The translations under genes and the position numbers were made by a program. A model generated the notes under the pieces. That model worked only from the letters and a program-made list of their open reading frames with translations, did not search any database and had not been told where the DNA came from. A stretch of 52,334 nucleotides of DNA from an uncultured archaeon (GTDB lineage: Archaea; Altiarchaeota; Altiarchaeia; JAFGQM01): contig CAYMNU010000082.1 of the NCBI GenBank assembly GCA_964391885.1, forward strand, positions 1 through 52,334, read 5' to 3'. Below are positions 16,206 to 25,215 of this stretch, in pieces; the stretch's first letter is position 1, and each line of letters begins with the position of its first letter.

Positions 16206-16776
16206 AGAGCTGCAGCTGCGCCTGGAGTTCTATAAGAGGAGCAGGCATTTCAAGCCCCGTGTCGCAGAAAGGGTGCTCGCGCAGGCGAAAGACAAGGGCA
16301 TAGAATACGTACTTTCCAACGTTTCAAGCGAGGCGAGGGAGCTATATAAAGGTTCGCGCGAAGCCATCTGTGAAAGCCACAGGGCGAAGGGCTTCCTCAG
16401 ATTCAATGAAGCTGGCGGCATACTCGTGGCAAAGGCCGAGTTCGAACATGATATCATCGAGTGCCTGCTGCGGCATTTCATGGGCCGGTTTCCGCAAAAG
16501 AGAATAGTCATCATCTCAAACGGCGAGGCGAATATAGGAGAGAACGGTGAGATAAGCAAAGGGCCTGCAAACGAGTATCTATCCTCGGTTTACAACAAAG
16601 AAGCAAACGACGAGCTTTGGGACGCATTTTACAAGTCCCAATACATCGAGCCAAGGCGGAACCGCAAGCTTGCCATGAAAGCTGTGCCGAAGAAATACTG
16701 GAAGCGCTTCGGTATAAGGGAAGCTGTGAGTATAGACAAGGGCATCTTCGAAAAGACCTTGTTTGATTTTATATGA
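16189..16776 (+). CDS. DUF4130/TIGR03915-like DNA metabolism protein
   Basis: 'ESHRAKGFLRF', 'EHDII...HFMGRF', 'LWDAFYKSQYIEPRRN...PKKYWK'. Start reassigned to the in-frame ATG at 16189. Confidence 0.85.
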   Translation: MLSAHKELQLRLEFYKRSRHFKPRVAERVLAQAKDKGIEYVLSNVSSEARELYKGSREAICESHRAKGFLRFNEAGGILVAKAEFEHDIIECLLRHFMGRFPQKRIVIISNGEANIGENGEISKGPANEYLSSVYNKEANDELWDAFYKSQYIEPRRNRKLAMKAVPKKYWKRFGIREAVSIDKGIFEKTLFDFI

Positions 16777-16795
16777 GTTTTGTTTCTAATTCTAC

Positions 16796-18385
16796 GTGAT
16801 TTCTCTGGGCATAGAGGGTACTGCGCACACCCTTGGGATGGGCATAGTAGACGTCGAGGGCAATGTCCTGGCTAATGTCAATAAGACATATGTTCCAGAG
16901 GAAGGCGGCATCCACCCGAGAGAAGCATCTTGGTATATCGCAGACCAGTTCTCTTCCGCTTTGAAAGAGGCCCTTGAGGCAGCCAAGATGGGAAGGGAGG
17001 ACATAGACATTGTCTCCTTCTCAAAAGGCCCGGGCCTTGGTCCTTGTTTGACAAACACAGCAGTCGGTGCGCGCGCCCTTGCGCTCTCGCTGGGCAAGCC
17101 GCTTGTGGGAGTCAATCACTGCGTGGCGCATATTGAGGTGGGCAACATGATTGCGAGAAGGGAGTTCCCGGACTGGGGCCAGCCCCTGACGCTTTACGTC
17201 TCTGGCGCGAACACGCAGATAATAATGTTCAAGGACGGGAGGTATAGGGTCTTCGGGGAGACGCTGGACATAGGCCTCGGCAACATGTTAGACAAATTCG
17301 GGAGGCAGGCGGGGCTTGGGCACCCGGCAGGGCCGAAGATAGACAAGCTCGCCCAGGAGGGAAGAAACTACATAGATCTCCCTTATGTTGTGAAGGGCAA
17401 CGATTTGTCATACTCGGGCCTGCTCACCGAGGCAATCAAAAAGCTTCAGGGCAACAGGATGGAAGACGTCTGCTACTCGCTTCAGGAGACTGCGTTCGCC
17501 ATGACCATCGAAGCCGCGGAAAGGGCGCTCTGCCATTTGAAATCAGGCTCCCTGCTGCTTACGGGAGGAGTCGCCAACAACAGCAGGCTAAGGGAAATGG
17601 TCGGCATCATGGCAAAAGACAACGGCGTCATGTATTCGGTCCCAAAGGGCCTATGTGGTGACAACGGCGCCATGATAGCATGGACAGGTCTCGTGATGCA
17701 CGAGAACGGGGTGAGGACAGGCCTGGAAGAAAGTGCAATCGATCCGGGATACCGGACAGACCAAGTAGAGATAAGCTGGGCAAAACCCGGGAGCAGTATG
17801 GGAGCGCTTCCGCAGGGAATATGGAGAGGCGCCGAAGCAATTATAATGAGGGAAGGCGAACAAGTATCAAAGGAGCGCATGAAGAAAGAGTACCGGCTTG
17901 AGCAGATAGACGACCGCATAAGGAAGTCAAGGACTCGCAAAGAGCCCAAACTGCTCGCGGCAGCCCGCTCGGCGGGCATATCCACCCCGGAGGTGAAGAA
18001 GGTCATGGCAGAGGAATATAAGTTTTTCATGGAGTTCATAAGCGGCGAGCCGCTGTGCACTATCATTGAGGAAGAAGCGCACTATGCCGAAGACATGGGG
18101 CGCCTGGTCAGGAGGCTGCACGACGCCAACATAATACACGGGGACCTCACCACCTCAAACATCATAGTCAAAGACAGAAGGCTATTCTTCATAGACTTCG
18201 GGCTGGGCGGCATAAGCAGAAAAGCCGAGGACAAGGCGACAGACCTCCTTCTCCTGAAGAAGGCACTTAACGCCAACCATTCCTCAATGTTCAAGGAGCT
18301 TTGGGACGTTGTGATCTCTGCCTACGGCGAGTCCGAGGTCCTCGCGCGCCTGGAAACTGCGGAAAAGAGGGGGCGCTATTTATAG
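16796..18385 (+). CDS. kae1: Kae1-Bud32 fusion (KEOPS, t6A synthesis)
   Basis: 'LGIEGTAHT', 'GPGLGP', 'VNHCVAHIE', 'DNGAMIA'; kinase 'HGDLTTSN', 'IDFGLG'. Confidence 0.95.
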   Translation: MISLGIEGTAHTLGMGIVDVEGNVLANVNKTYVPEEGGIHPREASWYIADQFSSALKEALEAAKMGREDIDIVSFSKGPGLGPCLTNTAVGARALALSLGKPLVGVNHCVAHIEVGNMIARREFPDWGQPLTLYVSGANTQIIMFKDGRYRVFGETLDIGLGNMLDKFGRQAGLGHPAGPKIDKLAQEGRNYIDLPYVVKGNDLSYSGLLTEAIKKLQGNRMEDVCYSLQETAFAMTIEAAERALCHLKSGSLLLTGGVANNSRLREMVGIMAKDNGVMYSVPKGLCGDNGAMIAWTGLVMHENGVRTGLEESAIDPGYRTDQVEISWAKPGSSMGALPQGIWRGAEAIIMREGEQVSKERMKKEYRLEQIDDRIRKSRTRKEPKLLAAARSAGISTPEVKKVMAEEYKFFMEFISGEPLCTIIEEEAHYAEDMGRLVRRLHDANIIHGDLTTSNIIVKDRRLFFIDFGLGGISRKAEDKATDLLLLKKALNANHSSMFKELWDVVISAYGESEVLARLETAEKRGRYL

Positions 18386-18394
18386 GTAAGCAAT

Positions 18395-18949
18395 ATGGAG
18401 ATAATATTTGTGACTACGAACCCCGGCAAGATGGGCGAAGCCCGGGAAATCGGCGCGGAGTTTGGGATAGAATTTGTCCAAAATGGCTATGACACAAGAG
18501 AGCTGCAGTCTATGGACCCGTTGGAAATCGCAGAGGACAGTGCCAGGGACGCTTATGCAAAGCTGGGTAAGCCGCTGATAGTCGAAGACTCGGGGATGTT
18601 CATAGACGCGCTGAAGGGCTTCCCAGGCCCGTTTTCGGCATATGCGTACAAATGTATAGGGCTTGCCGGAATACTCAGGCTTATGGAAGGGGAGGATGAG
18701 CGAAGTGCAAGCATGAAGTCTGCGGTTGCCTATGTGGACGGTGACATTGTAAAGAGCTTTCTCGGGGAGGCCAGAGGCACGATGCCAGAGAGTGCCAGGG
18801 GCGAGCAGGGCTTCGGCTACGACCCGATATTCATCCCAGAAGGGCGTGAGAAGACATTCGCCGAAGACACAGAATACAAGAACATTGTCTCCCATCGCGC
18901 GCAGAGCCTGAGGGCATTCTGCGAGTGGTACCAAAAACGGTTTTTATAG
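18395..18949 (+). CDS. rdgB: RdgB/HAM1 non-canonical purine NTP pyrophosphatase
   Basis: 'FVTTNPGK', 'EDSGMFIDALKGFPGPFS', 'GFGYDPIF', 'SHR'. Confidence 0.95.
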   Translation: MEIIFVTTNPGKMGEAREIGAEFGIEFVQNGYDTRELQSMDPLEIAEDSARDAYAKLGKPLIVEDSGMFIDALKGFPGPFSAYAYKCIGLAGILRLMEGEDERSASMKSAVAYVDGDIVKSFLGEARGTMPESARGEQGFGYDPIFIPEGREKTFAEDTEYKNIVSHRAQSLRAFCEWYQKRFL

Positions 18950-18999
18950 GTATTATAGCAAATATCGCGCTGTCTTCCTTGAAGGCTGCGTATTGTTTT

Positions 19000-19072
19000 G
19001 CCCCAGTAGTGTAGTGGCCTATCATACAGCCCTGTCGAGGCTGTGACCCGGATTCGAATTCCGGCTGGGGCG
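19000..19072 (+). tRNA. tRNA-Asp(GUC)
   Basis: GCCCCAG/CTGGGGC acceptor, CAGCC-CTGTCGA-GGCTG anticodon arm, CCGGA-TTCGAAT-TCCGG T-arm, discriminator G. Confidence 0.97.
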
Positions 19073-19100
19073 TCCTACATGTCTTAGCGTAGCCTCGGCA

Positions 19101-19166
19101 CCACCAGCCTTGCGCCAAGATCATATGCCTAGTTGATGTATCCACCTTGTCGTTCCGGCTGGGGCG
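19101..19166 (+). repeat. Single unit downstream of tRNA-Asp, homologous to the tRNA-Val units
   Basis: Core 19116-19146 is 25/31 identical to 10605-10635. Ends in TTCCGGCTGGGGCG (19153-19166), identical to tRNA-Asp 19059-19072. Confidence 0.85.
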
Positions 19167-19261
19167 CTCATTTTACTTTGCTTAGCTTTGGCTTCGATTG
19201 ATAAACAAAACCAGTGCCTTTTCCATCTATTTTTTAACAATGCCCGATAATTCTAGCGTAT

Positions 19262-21730
19262 ATGGAAATACCTACCGCAGTGGACGACTTTTCTTGGTCG
19301 CTTGCAGATAAGCTCAAGGTAAGCGATTTCCTGGAAGACCATAGGATTCCGCCACTTGCGCTACTGTTGCTACTGCTCTTTCTTCTGTCCCTAGCTGCGT
19401 ATACAGCTATTTCATGGATTGCTGCCCCTCCCGGCTATATTTGCGGGGATGGCATATGCCAGCCGGGCGAGGAAATTAGCTGCTCCCAAGACTGTCCGGC
19501 AGCACCCTTTCAAGAATCCAAGACGGTGGTTGTTGAGGTATTGGGGGAGACACTGCCTTCAATAGAGGTTCGCCTAATGGACTCTGCAGGCGACTTGATA
19601 AGAAGCTCTAATGCGAATATTAGTGTTGGAGGAGTAGTCGCATATTCAGTGATTGCAAGTGTAAAAAACCTGGAGAACGGCGCCGTGGTGGATTCGGGCA
19701 TGGTGGTTTTAGAGGAAGATCCGACCGAGATACAGATTATATTGCCCCCATATTTTTTCAGCCCTGAATATACACCAGCGCCCGGGGGGCATACAAAGCT
19801 CTATCTGACTGTTTTAGAAAGAGATGCCCGAGAGCCTATTGAGTCCGTCGCCTCGTTATATATCCTAAGGGGTGAAAATCGAATTTTTGCCTCAAGAAAA
19901 GATGTTCGCGGGGATGCCGTTTTCAGCCTGCAGCCCAAAGAGCATTATGATATCGTGGCTATCGCTCCAGGTTACGCCCACAACTCCAGTACCATAATAA
20001 GCAACGAAGAAGATACTATGGCTTTGACTCTTCTATTGTCACGGCTCAACACCTCATCTCTTGCAGAGATAACCATATGTATTACTAATGAAAGTGGGGG
20101 TAGGGTCAATCAGGGATTTGTAGAAATTTATGATGTAATAGGTACTATGTTATCCCGGCAAAGCCTTGATGCAGATGGCTGTGCATTGTTCAATCTCACT
20201 GCAGGCATGACGATAACGGCGTCTGCAGTAAATCTCTCGGGCAACTGCGAAGACAAACACTCAAATGAGATTTACCTCGCGCCCGGCGAGAGTTTATTTT
20301 ACATAACAACTAAATGTGGATTAAGTCCGCGGGGATACGCAAGACTTAAAGTCTTGGGCAGCGAGGGAGAAGTACTCACCGAAGACGCAAGCATTACTGC
20401 ATGGTATAGCGAAGACGGGTCCCAGATTTACGGCAGGGGGCCCGGGCGCAGTTTGTCGGCAGAAGGAGAGTACAGCGAACTTATTGCAGTATACCCACAA
20501 ATGCCATTTTATTATATGGTGACCGGCCTCAGTGCATATCCGACACAGCAGAGTGGAGAGTATAGCGTCGACGGCGATGAAATTAGGGAAATCGATATAA
20601 CTTTGTCTCCTTATGTGATTACCGATCCAGAACCTGTGGATCCGCCCGAGCCTGTAGATCCCCCCGAGCCTGTGGATCCTCCAGAACCAGTAGACCCGCC
20701 TGAGCCGCCCCTTACTGACTTTAATTGCATTGGTATTCGTGGCGACTTGACTGGTGATGGTATAGTCGACGAATTTGACTTGCCGCACCTGAGAGATATT
20801 CTAGATGTAATCCAGGAGTACGGGTATTCGCAGAGGGGCGCAGAAAATATGATTTGCGTGGACGTCAATGCAGACGGCTATATTACAACCGATGATTACC
20901 GCTGCCTGGCCGGGCTTGTGAGTGGCGAATTTGAAACCTTTGCCGATTGCCCAAGATGTATACCTTCTTCAAATTTGGAGATTTGTGACGACGGGCTGGA
21001 CAATGACTGTTCCGGCCAAACAGACAGGGACACTTACAACAACACTGCGAGAGCATATTATGGGACGGTTGACAACTTAAAGGACCTCTGCGACTGTATT
21101 TACCTGACGCCCTGTCCTATGAAGAGATCCGCAGATGGTACACCAGGGGGAAGCGATTTTGAGTATTGTAGGGCAATCAGCTGGGAATCCGAGGATTACA
21201 ATTGGGTCGCGGAAAGCAAGAAGCTTGAACTGGAAAGCGACTCAAGCTGCACTTTTGCAAGAAGCTGCGAATGGTGGGCCTGCGGGGGCGCTAAGTGGAG
21301 CTGTTTTGGAAGATGGGTCAATACAGGATACAATTACAGTTCCTCACATGATTTTGGAAGCAACCCTCCGCATATCTGGGGGCATAACTGTGGGGGGACG
21401 TCTGAAGAGTCTAGGGCCGTGTCCATGCCATACGCTGCCAGCTATTTGATATATGCATTTGTGGAGCGGGGCCACCCGGGACAGTGCCAGGACAAGGAAG
21501 AGCTTTACATCATGACATCCGATGGGCAGGTGGGGCCTGTCGCAAGAGACGATCCAGACCCTTGTGAGCCAGAGGGAGTGCGCTTGGACTTCATGGGACA
21601 ATTCATGCTCGGGTCGGGGCAAAACATATTGAGGATAAGGCATGCGCACACCTGCGGCTCTGGGATTGACGAACCGAACAGTCTTGGCGTAGAGCGCCTT
21701 TGCTTCAGGCAGGCAGGGCCTGCTTCATGA
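19262..21730 (+). CDS. Membrane-anchored surface protein: Cys repeat, carboxypeptidase-regulatory/Ig-like domains, Pro linker, dockerin-like, MopE-like motif
   Basis: TM, 'CGDGICQPGEEISCSQDCP', (PVDPPE)x4, 'GDLTGDGIVDEFD...DVNADGYITTDD', 'EICDDGLDNDCSGQTD'. Confidence 0.8.
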   Translation: MEIPTAVDDFSWSLADKLKVSDFLEDHRIPPLALLLLLLFLLSLAAYTAISWIAAPPGYICGDGICQPGEEISCSQDCPAAPFQESKTVVVEVLGETLPSIEVRLMDSAGDLIRSSNANISVGGVVAYSVIASVKNLENGAVVDSGMVVLEEDPTEIQIILPPYFFSPEYTPAPGGHTKLYLTVLERDAREPIESVASLYILRGENRIFASRKDVRGDAVFSLQPKEHYDIVAIAPGYAHNSSTIISNEEDTMALTLLLSRLNTSSLAEITICITNESGGRVNQGFVEIYDVIGTMLSRQSLDADGCALFNLTAGMTITASAVNLSGNCEDKHSNEIYLAPGESLFYITTKCGLSPRGYARLKVLGSEGEVLTEDASITAWYSEDGSQIYGRGPGRSLSAEGEYSELIAVYPQMPFYYMVTGLSAYPTQQSGEYSVDGDEIREIDITLSPYVITDPEPVDPPEPVDPPEPVDPPEPVDPPEPPLTDFNCIGIRGDLTGDGIVDEFDLPHLRDILDVIQEYGYSQRGAENMICVDVNADGYITTDDYRCLAGLVSGEFETFADCPRCIPSSNLEICDDGLDNDCSGQTDRDTYNNTARAYYGTVDNLKDLCDCIYLTPCPMKRSADGTPGGSDFEYCRAISWESEDYNWVAESKKLELESDSSCTFARSCEWWACGGAKWSCFGRWVNTGYNYSSSHDFGSNPPHIWGHNCGGTSEESRAVSMPYAASYLIYAFVERGHPGQCQDKEELYIMTSDGQVGPVARDDPDPCEPEGVRLDFMGQFMLGSGQNILRIRHAHTCGSGIDEPNSLGVERLCFRQAGPAS
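20624..20710 (+). repeat. 18-bp coding repeat (PVDPPE x4)
   Basis: Identical peptide units with varied synonymous codons. Confidence 0.9.
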
Positions 21731-21786
21731 TATCTTGCCTTGTATTTTTGGCTGCATAGAGACAACAAAACACTAAAAATCCCCAA

Positions 21787-21803
21787 CCGAAAGCTTTTTA
21801 TAA
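21787..21803 (+). promoter_or_regulatory. BRE + TATA of tfb
   Basis: CCGAAAG-CT-TTTTATAA about 48 nt upstream of the ATG. Confidence 0.7.
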
Positions 21804-21851
21804 GGGTACTGAAAAATATAAGCCTTGCGCTTTATTGATTAATCCCCTAAA

Positions 21852-22808
21852 ATGACAGACGAATCCTCGAATAAAGAAGATAAAAATTGTTGTCCGGAAT
21901 GTAGCGGCCCCCTGATGAAAGACTATAAGCATGCGGAGATAGTCTGCTGCAAATGTGGCCTCGTGGTTGATGAAAGCATAGCCGACCTTGGTGCAGAGAC
22001 AAGGAGCTTCGACTCTGAATCCTGGCTTAAGAAAACCAGAACTGGTAGCCCCATGACTTACACAAAGCCCCACAAAGGCCTTACTACTGAAATTGACAAG
22101 TATGACAGGGATATACGCGGCGGCACGGTTTCTAAAGAGGCAAGGAAGCGCATGTACAGGATGAGAAAGTGGCAGAGAAGGATAAACGTTTCCTCATCTG
22201 TCGAGAAGGACATAATACCGGCTCTTAATGAAATCTCAAGGGAACTTTCTGAATTGGGCCTGCCCATATCAATGAAAGAAGACGCGGCCATCATGTACAG
22301 GAAGATCTGCAACAAAGGCCTCGTGCGCGGCAGGAGCATAGAAGCCATCATAGCTGCTATAACCTATATACTCTGCAGGGACCGCAATATACCGAGGACG
22401 CTTGGCGAGATATCAGACGTATCGGGCATAGACTCGAAGGACGTGGGAAAGACTTACAGGTACGTAGCAAGGCATCTCAAGCTCAAAGTGCCGCCGACGA
22501 CACCTTCTGACTATTTGCCGAAATTCGCAAACAAGGTAGCCTTGCCCAACTATGTCGTGGATAAGGCTGTTGAGATTATAACCGACGCCAAAAAGCTAGG
22601 CCTTACCAGTGGAAGGGCACCTGCCGGAGTCGCAGCAGCCGTCTTATACATAGCTGCAGACATATACAACATGCAGAAGACGCAGAAGGAGATAGCCGAC
22701 GCAGCAGGCGTTACCGAAGTAACGGTAAGGAATCGCCACAGGGAGCTCGAAGAGAGGATGGACCTCTACAAGTATAAGGAGGAAGTCCTGAAAGAGGCCA
22801 AGGAATAG
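21852..22808 (+). CDS. tfb: Transcription initiation factor IIB
   Basis: Zn ribbon 'CPECSG...CCKCGLV', B-reader 'RTGSP', two cyclin repeats, 'GVTEVTVRNR'. Confidence 0.97.
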   Translation: MTDESSNKEDKNCCPECSGPLMKDYKHAEIVCCKCGLVVDESIADLGAETRSFDSESWLKKTRTGSPMTYTKPHKGLTTEIDKYDRDIRGGTVSKEARKRMYRMRKWQRRINVSSSVEKDIIPALNEISRELSELGLPISMKEDAAIMYRKICNKGLVRGRSIEAIIAAITYILCRDRNIPRTLGEISDVSGIDSKDVGKTYRYVARHLKLKVPPTTPSDYLPKFANKVALPNYVVDKAVEIITDAKKLGLTSGRAPAGVAAAVLYIAADIYNMQKTQKEIADAAGVTEVTVRNRHRELEERMDLYKYKEEVLKEAKE

Positions 22809-22840
22809 GCCTTTTATCTTTTTAGGCTCAATAATTAATC

Positions 22841-23323
22841 ATGCCAGCCTATTACAGAGGAAAGGCAAGAGCCAAGAAAGAAGTAAGCAGGCCCGTAGCT
22901 GCTAGAGTCAGGAGACTTATGGCTGAATCTCTAAGAGCCAACGCCGACATTTTTCCCGGATTGGACAGGAGCATACGCCAGGCAGTCCAGGAGAGGCATC
23001 CGGAGGTAAGGACCTTAGAGGCTGCACTTGGGCGTATGGTGAGGTACGAAGGCTGGGAATTGGGCGGAATCAAAAAAGCAAATATAGTCTTGCAGCATCC
23101 TACTAATGAAAGAAGGCGTGCCCTTGTCGGCCGCGTTAGCTGGGATGCAGAAGGTGTGAGGACAGAGCCTACCCATGAGCAAGCCGTGTGGCCCATAGCA
23201 AGGCTTTTGGACCATGAGCCCAGGCAGGCGCCGATTCGCGGCTATCTTCCGGGGCTTGAGCCTTCGGCAAGGGAAATAAACAAGGCCTTTGAAATGAGCA
23301 GGATTAAGCGGGAAGAGCATTAG
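22841..23323 (+). CDS. Arg-rich hypothetical protein
   Basis: Fills the gap between tfb and the helicase; strongly basic N-terminus. Confidence 0.65.
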   Translation: MPAYYRGKARAKKEVSRPVAARVRRLMAESLRANADIFPGLDRSIRQAVQERHPEVRTLEAALGRMVRYEGWELGGIKKANIVLQHPTNERRRALVGRVSWDAEGVRTEPTHEQAVWPIARLLDHEPRQAPIRGYLPGLEPSAREINKAFEMSRIKREEH

Positions 23324-25215
23324 CCTTTGAAAAAAGTCTTTAGATACATGTCCGGCTTCTCGGTAACTATGAATTTCATATCTTCCGGGAAGCACCTGCG
23401 GTAGCGCGGCTGTTTGAACCGGTCATCCATGAGGATTATGGCGCCCCTGTCTTTTTCGCTTCTTATACAGCGCCCCGCAGCCTGCAAGGACCTGTTGATG
23501 GCAGGGTATATGTAGCCATAGTCCCAGCCCTTGTTGAATTTTGCATCATAATAATTTATCAGAGCCCCAGTCTCAAGGCTCGGCTTTTCAAGAGGGAGGC
23601 CCACTACAACCACACAATCCAGCATCTTGCCAGGGAAATCCATCCCTTCGCTGAAGCCGCCTGCCTGCACTGCAAAAAGGGCCGCGCCCCCGTTTTCTGA
23701 AAGTCCCCTCAGCTTTTCGTAAAGGGCATGCCTCTCTGCCTTGCCCATGTCGCGCCTTTCTAAAAGGGGCTCTTTGGATGAAAAGGATACCCTTTTGGAT
23801 ATTGTCTCCATTATACCGTATGAGGGGAAGAATACGGCCACATTTCCTGGGACTGAATCCAGTATACCCGCTATTGCAAGCGCCATCTTATTCCACATGT
23901 GCTCGCTCCTGAGAGTATATTTGGTGGTTATGCCGTGAGTCAAGAGAACCAGGCGATTCTCGGGTGGAAAAGGATTTGGGTACTGCCTGCTTATGGCATT
24001 TTCAAGCCCGAGGACATTTTCATACATTTGAGGGGGGACCAATGTGCCGGACATTAATATTGATGCGTGGGACCTGGATAAGACTTCAGAGCAATATAGC
24101 GCAGGGTCTAGGCATTTAATAGAGAGCTGCAGCCTTTTTCCGGACTGGGACAAGTATGTGTTCAGTATCCTCGCATAGGCTGACTCATCCCTTTCCTGGT
24201 CCAGCCAATCCCTGATGAAAGAAGATACGGAACTGCAATAGCTCCTGTAACGATTGGGGAGCTGCAGTATCTTCTCGGCGCAGGTTTCAAGGTCTTCTAC
24301 AAATGCGCTGGCAGGCATTCTCAACTCAGAGTCGAGAGTATCCAACAAGTCTTGCTTTCCTACAAACGCTTCGTCGCCCTTAAGCCGTTTTCCAAGGCCC
24401 AGCAAAATAGAATTAAGCCCCCTGAGATCAGTCTCTAGGTTTTTCTCCCGAAGGGCCTGGGCCTCTTTTATAGAATTGTCCAGGGTATATTCGCTCAGGC
24501 TCGAGCTCATCAGCCTGCGCACCCGTTCCGGAAGGTTGTGGGCTTCATCCACAATAACTATAAGGTCTTCCATTGCCTTTCCGGTTTTATTCAACAGAAC
24601 TTGGCGGACGTGAGGATGGAAAAGGTGGTAATAGTCCCCGATTATGACATTCGCCTTAGCTGCCAGCAAGGTGCTGAGCTCATATGCACAGAGCTCCCTG
24701 TCTTTGCATTCCCTGAAAAGCTCTTCTGCGTGGAGCGGGCCCTTTTTTTCAATCCGGGACATCAGCTTTTTTGCCTCTCGGGAAATCTCTTTGGACTTGG
24801 GTTCCACTACATTGTTGCAGAACCTGCAGCTCTCATTGCTGCGGTGAGATTGGCAAAAGTAGGTGAATTCAGAATGGTTAAGGCCTGAGGCAAGCTCGAA
24901 GAGACAGGTCCACTGCTTTCCTATTATATCGACGGCGCTTATATTTTTGACATGGCGCTCCCCGATTTTTTTTAATGTTTCGATTGCAAGGCGGTGCTGG
25001 CTGTGCTTTGGCGTGAGGAAGAATACGGTTTTACTGTTCTCGAGGGCATATGAGACCGCGGGCGCAAGCGAGGCTGCAGTCTTGCCAATCCCAGTGGGTG
25101 CACTTGCCAAAAGGGACCTGCCCTCGCTTATGGCCTTCACCGCGTCTTCAAGCATGTCCTTCTGCTGGTCGCGTATATGCGGGAAGGGGAACAAACTCTT
25201 TTCTAGAATATCCAT
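23320..25215 (-). CDS. xpd: XPD/Rad3/DinG-family Fe-S DNA helicase
   Basis: Q motif 'RDQQ', 'PTGIGKT', Fe-S cysteines, 'DEAHNL', 'SGTL', 'QAAGRCIR'. Confidence 0.9.
   Translation of the reverse strand: MDILEKSLFPFPHIRDQQKDMLEDAVKAISEGRSLLASAPTGIGKTAASLAPAVSYALENSKTVFFLTPKHSQHRLAIETLKKIGERHVKNISAVDIIGKQWTCLFELASGLNHSEFTYFCQSHRSNESCRFCNNVVEPKSKEISREAKKLMSRIEKKGPLHAEELFRECKDRELCAYELSTLLAAKANVIIGDYYHLFHPHVRQVLLNKTGKAMEDLIVIVDEAHNLPERVRRLMSSSLSEYTLDNSIKEAQALREKNLETDLRGLNSILLGLGKRLKGDEAFVGKQDLLDTLDSELRMPASAFVEDLETCAEKILQLPNRYRSYCSSVSSFIRDWLDQERDESAYARILNTYLSQSGKRLQLSIKCLDPALYCSEVLSRSHASILMSGTLVPPQMYENVLGLENAISRQYPNPFPPENRLVLLTHGITTKYTLRSEHMWNKMALAIAGILDSVPGNVAVFFPSYGIMETISKRVSFSSKEPLLERRDMGKAERHALYEKLRGLSENGGAALFAVQAGGFSEGMDFPGKMLDCVVVVGLPLEKPSLETGALINYYDAKFNKGWDYGYIYPAINRSLQAAGRCIRSEKDRGAIILMDDRFKQPRYRRCFPEDMKFIVTEKPDMYLKTFFKG

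Noticed and set aside
10708-21730. Diversity-generating retroelement acting on the surface proteins
   Set aside because: No reverse transcriptase and no TR/VR pair differing only at adenines was seen.
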